Positions 15,334-24,680 of a stretch of DNA of 26,822 bases are shown here, one piece after another. Source of the stretch: Candidatus Hodarchaeota archaeon (GTDB taxonomy: Archaea; Asgardarchaeota; Heimdallarchaeia; Hodarchaeales; Hodarchaeaceae); contig JAEOTC010000106.1 in assembly GCA_016840035.1 (NCBI GenBank), positions 1 to 26,822 on the forward strand, written 5' to 3'. Positions within the stretch are counted from its first letter, which is position 1. Each line of letters starts with the position of its first letter. Both the position numbers and the translations under genes were made by a program. The notes under the pieces are model-generated. The model ran no database searches. It was given only the letters and a program-made list of their open reading frames with translations, and had not been told where the DNA came from.

Positions 15334-16653
15334 TCACTTATATGCCTTTTTTATGAAAATCAAAGTTCCTAGCAGGAAAATCAGTGAACCAACAATAATT
15401 AATAAGAATATATCTAAGATGAATCCACTAGGCTCAACATTTAGAATCATTATTTTCCTTAATGCTTCACCTATGCAAAAGAAAGGATTTAGATGCCATA
15501 GTTGAACTTCCTCAAGAATCGGAATATGTGGGAGGGGAATAAAATTTCCAGTTAGGAAGGTTAAGGGTATAGCAATCATACTTGGTAGGTAGGTTGCCAT
15601 CTGGCCGTCTGTAGAAGCGGCAACTGCTAAACTAATGCCTAAAAGAGGGAGAACTGCAAAAATACTCAAGAAAAGAATGAATATTCCCTGGAAATTACCT
15701 TGAACAGGAAAGCTTAACCCGTAAAACAAGGTTAGAACCACGATAATCATTGTCGATAAGGTTGTGATGAGCTGAGTTATGGTGAGTCCAGTTAGAAAGC
15801 TTCGGACTGGGAAATCACTTAATTTTAACCTATCAACAGTACCCTGTTCTCTCTCGTAACCTACAATTCCTGAAACACCAGTACTTGAAGAGATTAAGAC
15901 AAAAACCAGTAATGCTGGGACAAAAATTTCAAATTCATTGAAGATTATTGCTGATATTGATTCATGGGTGGTATTAAGATGTTGAAATGAGGGTAACCCT
16001 GAAACCCAGTAATAGTCCAAATATCGTTCTAACATGCTAGTAAGTAAAATAGAGGCCTCTGAAAAACGTGCATAGGAAAAATCCCCAATTAATTCAACTG
16101 TTGCTTCAGAATAATAAAAATCTGTATTATTGAGAATTGGATCACTCTCAGTAACATTTAATCGATGATTTAGTCCTGTTAATAACGATAATGAGAAATT
16201 ATTAGGAATTATGAAACAAAGACTAATGTGACGAGTTTGTACAGCCTTACTTGCGGTCTCAATCTCATCGAATTGAATGATTTCAAATCGTTGGTTGTTT
16301 TCTTCTGACATTAAGCTATCAGTATTATTTATATTATCTATGAACTCTTTACCGAATCCTACTTCTAGAGGATTTCCAGAAAGACCTATATTATTAATAA
16401 TTTGGTTGAATTGGATTTTTTGATCTGGATTTATAGCAACCACATGATCTTGATTAATGACTCCAATTGAATATATACTACCAGAGTCCCCTACGATTAC
16501 AAATGAACTTTCATCCCCATACAACATTGCCATTCCAACTATAAAGATAAGAGGAACAATGAAGATTACTCCCACTCTTTCCATGCTACGGAAGGTCTGT
16601 TTCAGGCATTTTACTGAATATACTATCGTAAAATTCATTGACTTGACCTCCAA
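15334..16653 (-). CDS. ABC-2 type exporter permease
   Basis: N-terminal TM, large extracytoplasmic domain, EREQGTVDRLKLS and five C-terminal TMs including FLTGNFIP. Confidence 0.88.
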   Translation of the reverse strand: MEVKSMNFTIVYSVKCLKQTFRSMERVGVIFIVPLIFIVGMAMLYGDESSFVIVGDSGSIYSIGVINQDHVVAINPDQKIQFNQIINNIGLSGNPLEVGFGKEFIDNINNTDSLMSEENNQRFEIIQFDEIETASKAVQTRHISLCFIIPNNFSLSLLTGLNHRLNVTESDPILNNTDFYYSEATVELIGDFSYARFSEASILLTSMLERYLDYYWVSGLPSFQHLNTTHESISAIIFNEFEIFVPALLVFVLISSSTGVSGIVGYEREQGTVDRLKLSDFPVRSFLTGLTITQLITTLSTMIIVVLTLFYGLSFPVQGNFQGIFILFLSIFAVLPLLGISLAVAASTDGQMATYLPSMIAIPLTFLTGNFIPLPHIPILEEVQLWHLNPFFCIGEALRKIMILNVEPSGFILDIFLLIIVGSLIFLLGTLIFIKKAYK

Positions 16654-18017
16654 AATCGAAAATAGGCAAAGAAGAGAAGTGAACAGCAGAAAAATCCCAA
16701 TGATAGGACAAAACTTAGTAGAATGTCTGGTAATACCTGAATCAAGGTAAAGTCATACAACATGACCTGTCTAAGAGCAGATACAGTATGAGTGAGGGGG
16801 ATAAGATCCCAAATAAGGAAATCTCGTGGAAAACCGCTTGCAGTTGGAATGATCTCTTTGAAAAGGATAATTTTTGGTACTTCAATGAATGCTCCGCTCA
16901 TAAAACCTAGAAATGGTCCTCCAAACCCAAGTATCGTCCCAACAACATCTTCATTTGAGAATATGGCTGTTGTGAAGTAAAGTAAAGAGGCAGAAAAGGG
17001 AAGAATTGTTAAAGCAATTAAGTATGCCAAAATTATATCGCCATTAGGTTGGAATCCCATTAAAAGGCTACTAGTGAATAGAATAAATGCTTGACCTATC
17101 ATAACTGGGATCTGGATTAGAAATGTACCAAGAATGTAAGTCGTAGGAGAAGATGAAAGACGTATGATATCAAATGTCGTATTCTTCGGACGAAATTCCA
17201 TACAAAAGAAGAGGGAAATTAACGAAGGTTGCATGATAATTCCAAATGCGATAAGGCCAGGAGTCGAAAGACCGAAAAGAGAGAATGTGGGAATAGAAAC
17301 TTGATACTCCTCATTCATAGCGATTTGAATGCTACCTCCTGGACCCCGAAATGCACTAGTCAAATCTAAATATGCATTAAGAATGTTTCCAAGAATAGAA
17401 TTCGCAATTTGATAATTCAGATAACTCTCGTCTCCCCTTATAATAACTTCCTCACTTATATTTATAGGAAGGTCAGGTATAGACGCATCAAAAGTTTGTA
17501 AGTATTCATGGAAGTATAAACCGTATGAATTCCTCCAATAGCCATTAAGAATACCCAGGGAAGCGTTAGAAAATTGGCGAGGGAGGATAAGGACAATATC
17601 TAATTCTCGATTTTTGAGTTTCGAATCTGCTTGCATTTCGTCACTATACTCTGTAATTTCAAAGATATGAGACGAATTTTGTTGATTATTATAGGTTAGA
17701 TTTCCAAGAATATTAACAAATTCGCTCCCGAATCCCTTAGAAAGAACATCAGTAGAATGGAATTCCTGTAAAGTACCATTTCCCAAAAGTGTTTCATTTT
17801 GAAAGAGGAGTTGAATTTCATCTGTCAATCCCTCATCCTGATTGATAATCCCGAGTAAAAAAGTCTGATTTTCACCAATTGGGGATGCGGAAAATCCAAA
17901 CCAATATAAGCCAATAAAGAATATTGGGAACAGAATTAAATAGGGAATAGTCCATCTACTACGAATGATTTGCAATCCAATTCTATGTGAAATTCCTAAT
18001 GCTTGTCTTACTGACAT
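16635..18017 (-). CDS. ABC-2 type exporter permease (second paralog)
   Basis: Same architecture (GIINQD, ILPRQFS, FMSGAFI, PLTH..ALRQVML); overlaps the downstream permease. Confidence 0.88.
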   Translation of the reverse strand: MSVRQALGISHRIGLQIIRSRWTIPYLILFPIFFIGLYWFGFSASPIGENQTFLLGIINQDEGLTDEIQLLFQNETLLGNGTLQEFHSTDVLSKGFGSEFVNILGNLTYNNQQNSSHIFEITEYSDEMQADSKLKNRELDIVLILPRQFSNASLGILNGYWRNSYGLYFHEYLQTFDASIPDLPINISEEVIIRGDESYLNYQIANSILGNILNAYLDLTSAFRGPGGSIQIAMNEEYQVSIPTFSLFGLSTPGLIAFGIIMQPSLISLFFCMEFRPKNTTFDIIRLSSSPTTYILGTFLIQIPVMIGQAFILFTSSLLMGFQPNGDIILAYLIALTILPFSASLLYFTTAIFSNEDVVGTILGFGGPFLGFMSGAFIEVPKIILFKEIIPTASGFPRDFLIWDLIPLTHTVSALRQVMLYDFTLIQVLPDILLSFVLSLGFFCCSLLFFAYFRFWRSSQ

Positions 18018-18028
18018 ATTTTACTCCC

Positions 18029-19000
18029 TCAAGATCTTAACCTACGGCCAGTTAAATTAATGAAAACATCCTCAAGTGTAGTTCCTCTTATTGAAAGGTT
18101 ATTAACAGAAAACCCTTGATTTTCGATAGATGCAAGAATTCTTGTTAATTTGGGAACAACATCAAGAGCTCGAATTGTACACACACTTTGGGAAGTGGAA
18201 ACCTCCTCCAGATGAAGAGGAGGGTCTAAAGCAAGCAAATATCCTGGAAGTGATTCAATCTCCGTATCTCCTAGATGGGAAACCTCAATCTCAACCAAAT
18301 CTCCTTCTCCAATAGATGTTTTTAGATTCTCAGGAGTATCTAATACAAGAATTTCCCCATTATCAATGATTGCTACTCGATTTGAGAGACGATCAGCTTC
18401 TTCCATATAATGGGTGGTTAGAATAACCGTTTTACCTTGTTTAGGAAGATTACGTATGAATTCCCAAACAACAATTCGTGATTGAGGGTCTAACCCAGGA
18501 GTAGGTTCATCACATAAGATAATTTTGGGATCATGCACTAATGCTAATATTAAATTTAACCTACGTTTCTGACCCCCTGATAAATCTTTGGTTATCGCTT
18601 TTTTCTTTTCTTCCAGCCCTATTCGCGAGATTAAAGAATTGATTCGCTCTTTCGCAATCATTTTCGGGATATTGTATATTTTAGCTAGGAACCAAAGGTT
18701 TTCTTCAACAGTTAGATCTTCATAGAAAGTTGGGTTTTGGGGAATAATTCCTAATATTTCTTTGAGCTTATTACCTGATTTGTGTGGATTCTCCCCTAAG
18801 ATCTTAACTTCGCCAGAATCTGGACGTAGTAAGCCAACGATCATTCTGAGACTAGTTGTTTTTCCAGCCCCATTTGGCCCGAGGAACCCGAAAATCTCTC
18901 CTTCATAGATATCAAAGCTAATTCCTTTAACCGCATTGACCTGTCTTTCTCCTTTCCCGAATACTTTTTTCAGTGCTTTAACTTCAATTATCTTCTTCAT
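18029..19000 (-). CDS. ABC transporter ATP-binding subunit (DrrA/CcmA-like)
   Basis: Walker A GPNGAGKT, signature LSGGQ, Walker B ILCDEPT, H-loop TTHYMEEA and C-terminal TLEDVF. Confidence 0.95.
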   Translation of the reverse strand: MKKIIEVKALKKVFGKGERQVNAVKGISFDIYEGEIFGFLGPNGAGKTTSLRMIVGLLRPDSGEVKILGENPHKSGNKLKEILGIIPQNPTFYEDLTVEENLWFLAKIYNIPKMIAKERINSLISRIGLEEKKKAITKDLSGGQKRRLNLILALVHDPKIILCDEPTPGLDPQSRIVVWEFIRNLPKQGKTVILTTHYMEEADRLSNRVAIIDNGEILVLDTPENLKTSIGEGDLVEIEVSHLGDTEIESLPGYLLALDPPLHLEEVSTSQSVCTIRALDVVPKLTRILASIENQGFSVNNLSIRGTTLEDVFINLTGRRLRS

Positions 19001-19526
19001 TATTGTCGTTCCTTAAGCATTTGATTAGATACTGAAGACCCTCCTCCATAGCTCTGTTATACAATTGGATTCCAAGATATTGTACTTGAACTGCGTTGTA
19101 TAACTCTGGATCGAGCTTTTTGATATCTGAAGACCTTAATTCTTCAAGAACATCCATTACATCTCGATTCTTATCTATGAATTGTTGAAACATTAATTCT
19201 AGCAACGTAGAATCATCAGCAACGTGATATGTGTAACCCAGTTTATGAGAACCTTTTCTTTTTAAGGTTCCATACTGTACATTAGTTTTTATTGCCCTAT
19301 TTACTGATGCTATTGAGGTAGGGTATTTCGATTCATTAGTAAATAATTCCTTTAATCTTTTAGAGATAGTCACTTGAGTCCATCCATTTTGATTAGGCTC
19401 AAGCCACATGAGTGCGTCTATATACCCTGATAAACCTGGAAACCCATAACTCTCCCAATAATTTGCTAAAATATCAAAGAATTGTTTTCGATATTTACTG
19501 AAATTCCTATTCTCTTCAATATTCAT
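18984..19526 (-). CDS. GbsR/MarR-like winged-helix transcriptional regulator
   Basis: WESYGFPGLSGYIDALMWL...WTQVTIS..L...SIASVNRAIK...YG pattern. It is the first gene of the ABC operon and overlaps the ATPase start. Confidence 0.72.
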   Translation of the reverse strand: MNIEENRNFSKYRKQFFDILANYWESYGFPGLSGYIDALMWLEPNQNGWTQVTISKRLKELFTNESKYPTSIASVNRAIKTNVQYGTLKRKGSHKLGYTYHVADDSTLLELMFQQFIDKNRDVMDVLEELRSSDIKKLDPELYNAVQVQYLGIQLYNRAMEEGLQYLIKCLRNDNNEEDN

Positions 19527-19562
19527 GAGTTATCGAGGAGTCATGATTCGTTGCATTTTTAA

Positions 19563-19605
19563 AATTTCGTATTGTTGAAATTCAGAATTTCATATGATTG
19601 AAATT
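19563..19605. promoter_or_regulatory. Tandem palindromic operator, AATTTC-N8-GAAATT x2
   Basis: AATTTCgtattgttGAAATT (19563-19582) and AATTTCatatgattGAAATT (19586-19605). They lie between the regulator start and a minus-strand TATA-like TGTATAAAA (19604-19612). Confidence 0.75.
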
Positions 19606-19644
19606 TTATACAAATGCTTTGATATGCATTTAATTGCTAAATTA

Positions 19645-20442
19645 TTAGATTAATTTATGTAAAAAAGACTCAATTGCCTTCATATACCTATCAAATCCTA
19701 GATACATGAGATCGTTGTGACCTGCATTAGGAACTATCACTAAATCCCTTTTATCACTGGATAAGCTCTCATAGAGGGCATACCCGTTGCTAACTGGTAT
19801 AATAAAATCATTTTCACCATGAATGATTAATGTAGGGATGGTGATTTTCTCCATCAAGGGTAGGGGTGAAATATCAGGTTCTTTGTCTTCAGGAAGAAAG
19901 TTACGTGGAATCCCAAGTCTCTGTAAGAGTTCATAGGTGTCTGCGAATCCACTTTCGAGAATAAGGCCAGAGAGTTCTTCTTGGTAAATTCCCGCTATTT
20001 CTATAGCAGATGCACTTCCCAAGGATCGTCCCATTATTATGATAGGTCCTCTTATTCCCTGTTGCTGAAGAATATCTTTGAACTGAGAGAAGATAGTATG
20101 AGAATCCTGAATCATATTAGGAAGAGTAGGATTACCATTACTCTGTCCATATCCTCTGTAATCAACAACACAGAAATTGATTCCTCTTTTCACATATTCT
20201 GGTGCCAGATCATGATAATCTTCTGCGATTTCCCCGTTTCCGTGAAAAAATAAAATTGTAGGGGCTTCTGAATCTGCTGTTTTATGTAAAAATCCACATA
20301 TTCTGATTCCTTCTCCCACATCGAAACAAAGAAAGGTTCTGTTCTCTAAATCCTCAGTTCCTTCCGATGCTTTGCGAGGGTGAAAAACCCTTTGATTGAT
20401 CAAAGGTTGATCTAAAAAAGTTAAATCTCTGACTTTGGTCAT
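19645..20442 (-). CDS. Alpha/beta hydrolase (Bem46/ABHD13-17-like)
   Basis: FFHGNGE, DYRGYGQS, nucleophile GRSLG, IIHGEND and AGHND. Confidence 0.9.
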   Translation of the reverse strand: MTKVRDLTFLDQPLINQRVFHPRKASEGTEDLENRTFLCFDVGEGIRICGFLHKTADSEAPTILFFHGNGEIAEDYHDLAPEYVKRGINFCVVDYRGYGQSNGNPTLPNMIQDSHTIFSQFKDILQQQGIRGPIIIMGRSLGSASAIEIAGIYQEELSGLILESGFADTYELLQRLGIPRNFLPEDKEPDISPLPLMEKITIPTLIIHGENDFIIPVSNGYALYESLSSDKRDLVIVPNAGHNDLMYLGFDRYMKAIESFLHKLI

Positions 20443-20457
20443 GCGATTTTCCAGCCA

Positions 20458-21189
20458 TCAAACGAGGGGGACAAGACTGCTCTCAATAGAAAAGACTCCA
20501 AACATAATGGGAAGATATACAATAACTGAGGCAATGAGATCCCAAATATAGTGTTCACCAAGATAGATTACAGAGAAACAAAAGAAGATGCCTAATAAAA
20601 TGAAAAATACTATACCAGCAGTCCATACCCACCAAGGTGATGATAAACTAATAAAATAACATAAGATAGCGCCTGCTAGCATTAAACCTAAATGGTTCGA
20701 TGGTAAACCATTATACAAGAGACCATTCACCGTATCTGATTTTTTAAATTGTTCAAGTCGCAAAGGAATGATCGGAAGATCGCGTCCAAAATCGTTCCAC
20801 CTATTAGGTACAATTACAGGATAGATGAATTGGATAGTCATACTTGTTCCCCAAGAGAGTATAACTGGGAGCCCGTATCGCCATGCTTGGTCTCCTTGAA
20901 GCCCACAAATATAAACTTCGATGATAACGGTAATAGTAAACGCCCATAACCATAGCTGCATTGTCGAAAAATCAAGAATCTTTGTAATTCTTTCATTGGT
21001 TCGTAATTTCTCCTGTAGAAATTGAGTTGGTTTTGGAGAGAAGAATTTCGCTCGTTTTTGCACACGTTCTGGGGTTTGCCACAATCGGGCAGTCCACCAA
21101 AATATCAGCATTCCGATTGTAACTAGAAGTAAGAAGACATTGAATGGAGTAGCAAAGGCTTCTTCATAGGCGGCTATGACATTATCCAT
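20458..21189 (-). CDS. PAP2-superfamily membrane enzyme (Aur1/IPC-synthase-like PAP2_3 group)
   Basis: Multiple TMs with YPVIVP, GLPSNH and GEHYIWD. ATG 21189, with AGGA upstream, avoids overlap with the ACT gene; the ORF track begins at 21270. Confidence 0.75.
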   Translation of the reverse strand: MDNVIAAYEEAFATPFNVFLLLVTIGMLIFWWTARLWQTPERVQKRAKFFSPKPTQFLQEKLRTNERITKILDFSTMQLWLWAFTITVIIEVYICGLQGDQAWRYGLPVILSWGTSMTIQFIYPVIVPNRWNDFGRDLPIIPLRLEQFKKSDTVNGLLYNGLPSNHLGLMLAGAILCYFISLSSPWWVWTAGIVFFILLGIFFCFSVIYLGEHYIWDLIASVIVYLPIMFGVFSIESSLVPLV

Positions 21190-21217
21190 TAAAATACATC
21201 CTGATTTAGAAAATATT

Positions 21218-21667
21218 TCATTGACATGACTTTTTGGGATTCTCTGTAATTTGTAGAAAACCTGAAGCATCTAAAAATGCCTGTGCTTTCTGAAAATCAC
21301 CTTCATCAACTGCAAAGGCATAATGAGCAGCATTTGCTGCAAATCTTAGCAGGTAAAATGAATATACACGAATTCCCTGATCGAAAAGTAGCTGTGCGAA
21401 ATTACCGAAAGTACCTGGTTCATCAGGCAATGCTGCAACCAAAACGTTTTGTTTACTAAACGATATATTCAGGTTTCGTAGCAGCTCATGAGTTTTCTCT
21501 TCATTATCCGTAAAGAGAGCAGCTGTGCAAATTCCAAATGCAGAGGTGCCCGCCATTGATACGATATCTATATCATTCTCCCCTAGAGTTTTCCCTATTT
21601 GTGCGAGTAGCTTTAACGCATCTGTATCATTTTCTAAATGGATTATAAATTGCTGCACGCTTCTCAC
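21218..21667 (-). CDS. Tandem ACT-domain protein
   Basis: Two ACT-like units: LENDTDALKLLAQIGKTLGENDIDI and LPDEPGTFGNFAQLLFDQGIRV. Confidence 0.8.
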   Translation of the reverse strand: MRSVQQFIIHLENDTDALKLLAQIGKTLGENDIDIVSMAGTSAFGICTAALFTDNEEKTHELLRNLNISFSKQNVLVAALPDEPGTFGNFAQLLFDQGIRVYSFYLLRFAANAAHYAFAVDEGDFQKAQAFLDASGFLQITENPKKSCQ

Positions 21668-21829
21668 CTAAGAGATGACTTCCAAAAGTACTTATATTGG
21701 AGAATCAGTGTATTAATTATAAATGCTGTGAGAGACAAATTTCCTGAGTTGGTGATATAAACAAAACGATCATTTGAAGATTATAATTTCTTAAACTCCC
21801 TTAAAATCGTCTAATCAGAGTGAGAAATA

Positions 21830-22486
21830 ATGCAAATAATCTATCTCTACGGATTCGCATCAGGACCACTATCAAATAAAGCCCAATTTTTCAAGCATAA
21901 ATTTGATTTACTTGGTATTCCTTTAGACATCTTTGATTTCATACCCAATCGTAGGCATTTTCAACAAATGCAGCCTTCAAAGCTTGTAGAGAATCTTGTA
22001 CAATATGTAGAAGAGAACTATCCAAGTGAACAGGTGATTCTATTCGGTTCAAGTTTTGGAGGACTGATTGCTGCATGGTATTCAGCACTTTATCCGAATA
22101 TGATTACTAAATTAATTCTGATGGCACCAGCTCTACAATTCACTCCAGAATTTATTGCTAAAACTCTAGGAACAACGTTACAGGATTGGCAAGAAAAAGA
22201 CACCGTATTGGTCGAACATTATAGGTTTAACGTAAAGGTTCCCTTGAATTACTCTTTCGTACAAGATTTACAAGAGAATTCGCCCCCAATTTTCTCTCCT
22301 ACTCAGTTCCCAGTCCCAACGGTAATTTTCCATGGGAGAAACGATGCTGTAGTTCCTATCCAATGGAGTATCGATTTTGCATTCGAAAATCCAAAAGTTA
22401 CCCTGAATATATTAGAAGGGGATCATCAGCTTTTAGATCAAAAACAAATAATGTGGAACAGTATCCAGTCATTTCTGTCTAGTTAA
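21830..22486 (+). CDS. YqiA/YcfP-family alpha/beta hydrolase (esterase)
   Basis: YLYGFASGPLSNKA, GSSFGG, LILMAPA, FHGRND and GDHQL. Confidence 0.88.
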   Translation: MQIIYLYGFASGPLSNKAQFFKHKFDLLGIPLDIFDFIPNRRHFQQMQPSKLVENLVQYVEENYPSEQVILFGSSFGGLIAAWYSALYPNMITKLILMAPALQFTPEFIAKTLGTTLQDWQEKDTVLVEHYRFNVKVPLNYSFVQDLQENSPPIFSPTQFPVPTVIFHGRNDAVVPIQWSIDFAFENPKVTLNILEGDHQLLDQKQIMWNSIQSFLSS

Positions 22487-22869
22487 AGGTCATAAACAAT
22501 ATTTTCAAGGGTTTGTTTGACCTGGGCACTTAATTGGGAAATCTCTTGTCCTTCTGCAGATGTTGCTTTATGTTTTGGATCCGCCCAGCCTGAAAGCATT
22601 GGCCAAATGTTAATCGCTGTATTTTGTTCATCCTGAACTTGTAATAGGGGTGAAAGTAGTTTTTCAAAATCATGGTATATTTTGCAATCTAGCGAGATCT
22701 TGATCAGGGGGCAATAATACTCTTCAGGATTGGTTCCACGACGCAGTAAAGGGCGTATGTCTTGAGTGTAGCATAGCGTAGTTTGACCAATCCGAAGTAC
22801 GCAACCCGCGTGAAAATCACTTTTCTCCACTCGAAAAGGGCAAAAACCATGCTCTAGAATCTGCATCAA
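22483..22869 (-). CDS. Hypothetical 4-Cys protein (paralog A)
   Basis: Clear similarity to 22942..23331 (GFCPFRVE, GCVL, CY, CPL, INIWPML) supports coding status. Confidence 0.8.
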   Translation of the reverse strand: MMQILEHGFCPFRVEKSDFHAGCVLRIGQTTLCYTQDIRPLLRRGTNPEEYYCPLIKISLDCKIYHDFEKLLSPLLQVQDEQNTAINIWPMLSGWADPKHKATSAEGQEISQLSAQVKQTLENIVYDL

Positions 22870-22941
22870 TGATGTATAGAACCATAATTTTTTAAGTGTA
22901 ATCTGAGGAATCTATTCGGATTATCAGCGACAAAAATCTTA

Positions 22942-23331
22942 CTAATCCATCTCAAAGATGATTTCGTTCAATTCTTCCCTCACCTTGATACTCAGCTTCT
23001 CCATGGCAATTCCCTCTGGAGTTTTAGCTTTATTCTTAGAATTAGCTATTCCAGTTAACATAGGCCAAATGTTGATTGTTGTACTCTCTCTATCTTGAAT
23101 TGTAAATATATAATCTACGAGCTGCTCAAATTTTTTATATAATTCTTCCTTGATTATCACTTGTGGTAAAAGAGGGCAGAAGTAGCTTGCATCCCGGTAT
23201 ACTATGGGCCGCTCATCAGTAGAATAGCATTGAGAATCCGTACCTTTTTGTAATACGCAGCCTGGAAGATGTTCAAGTATTTCAACCCGAAAAGGACAGA
23301 ACCCACGTACTTTCAACACGGTAAACTCCAA
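22942..23331 (-). CDS. Hypothetical 4-Cys protein (paralog B)
   Basis: Same motifs as paralog A and near-identical length; TTG start. Confidence 0.8.
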   Translation of the reverse strand: MEFTVLKVRGFCPFRVEILEHLPGCVLQKGTDSQCYSTDERPIVYRDASYFCPLLPQVIIKEELYKKFEQLVDYIFTIQDRESTTINIWPMLTGIANSKNKAKTPEGIAMEKLSIKVREELNEIIFEMD

Positions 23332-23466
23332 AAATAAGAACTCAGATATATGAAATTAGAGTTTTCTTTTAAATCTGATCTTATAAATTTTCTTACCATA
23401 TGAATATACTGATTAAAACCCATTTTAATCGATAAAGCTTCGCATGCATATCAGAATTTCTAAGAC

Positions 23467-24675
23467 TTGAAGGATGAAATGATGAATTCTAAGGAATTAA
23501 AGCAATTAATTTTACAGGAAGCAAAGGAAATTGAATCTTATATCATAAAAACACGTCGTCATATACATCAGTATCCAGAAACCGCCTTTGAGGAGGTTAA
23601 AACTCGTGATCTTGTTGAAAAACAACTACAGGAAATTGGATATAAAACAGTGAGAACCGCAAAAACTGGTGTGGTTGGAATTCTTCAAAGTGCAAAATCT
23701 GGTCCAACTATTGCACTCCGTGCCGATACTGACGCTCTAAACCTTACAGAAGAGAATGATGTCGAATATGCCAGTACTATCCCAGGTAAAATGCATGCGT
23801 GTGGACATGATGCTCATACGGCAATGTTACTAGGTGCAGCTCAATTAATTTTTAAAAATAAAGATCATCTTTCTGGTACGTTAAAACTTATTTTTCAACC
23901 TGCAGAGGAGGGTGGTGGAGGTGGTAAACTCATTTGTGATGAGGGACATCTAGAGGATGTTGACAGAATTTATGGAATTCATGTGTGGAGAGAATTAGAA
24001 TCTGGTCTTATTGGATTGCGAAAGGGAGGAATGTTAGCTTCGGCCGATGAATTCTCTGTTGTCATTACCGGAAAAGGGGGTCATGCAGCGGCTCCTCATC
24101 AAGCAGTTGATCCAACAGCTGTTCTTGTTGATATCTATAACGCTCTCCAAAAAGTAGTTTCCAGAGAAATTGATCCTTTCGATGATGTGATCATTACAAC
24201 ACCTGTATTGCAGGGAAGCGATGCATTCAATGTGATCCCTAGAGAGGCGAAATTAAAGGGAACATTTAGAACAATGGATCCTGTGGTTAGAGATCACATT
24301 CTGAAGCGTATCCCAGAGATAGTAGACGGGTATTGCCAAGCTTGGAGATGTGAAGGAGAAGTAATCTTCAATACTGGTGATATGATCCCCTATCCCCCTC
24401 TGATCAACGATGGCCAGTCAATAGACGACGTTATTACTCTCTTGAAAGACACTGAATTGGAACATGTATCAATGGATCCTTCTATGGGTGGGGAGGATTT
24501 CGCGTTTTACCTTCAAAAGACGAAAGGCGCTTTTCTTACTTTAGGTATTCAGAATGAAGAAAAAGGAATAACAGCCCCTCATCATCACCCACAATTTGAT
24601 GTAGATGAAGCTGTATTGTGGAAAGGAACGGCATTATATGCCCTACTTGCATTTTCAACTTTATTTATTGAGTGA
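23467..24675 (+). CDS. M20D family amidohydrolase / carboxypeptidase
   Basis: RRHIHQYPE, LRADTDAL, MHACGHDAH, FQPAEE, GKGGHAA, GEDF and HHHPQFD. The start may be ATG 23479 or 23482. Confidence 0.93.
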   Translation: MKDEMMNSKELKQLILQEAKEIESYIIKTRRHIHQYPETAFEEVKTRDLVEKQLQEIGYKTVRTAKTGVVGILQSAKSGPTIALRADTDALNLTEENDVEYASTIPGKMHACGHDAHTAMLLGAAQLIFKNKDHLSGTLKLIFQPAEEGGGGGKLICDEGHLEDVDRIYGIHVWRELESGLIGLRKGGMLASADEFSVVITGKGGHAAAPHQAVDPTAVLVDIYNALQKVVSREIDPFDDVIITTPVLQGSDAFNVIPREAKLKGTFRTMDPVVRDHILKRIPEIVDGYCQAWRCEGEVIFNTGDMIPYPPLINDGQSIDDVITLLKDTELEHVSMDPSMGGEDFAFYLQKTKGAFLTLGIQNEEKGITAPHHHPQFDVDEAVLWKGTALYALLAFSTLFIE

Positions 24676-24680
24676 ATTGA

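Noticed and set aside
21190-21270. 53-bp overlap of the ACT and PAP2 ORFs suggesting frameshift or fusion
   Set aside because: A downstream ATG at 21189 with an SD-like AGGA removes the overlap, and both proteins look complete.
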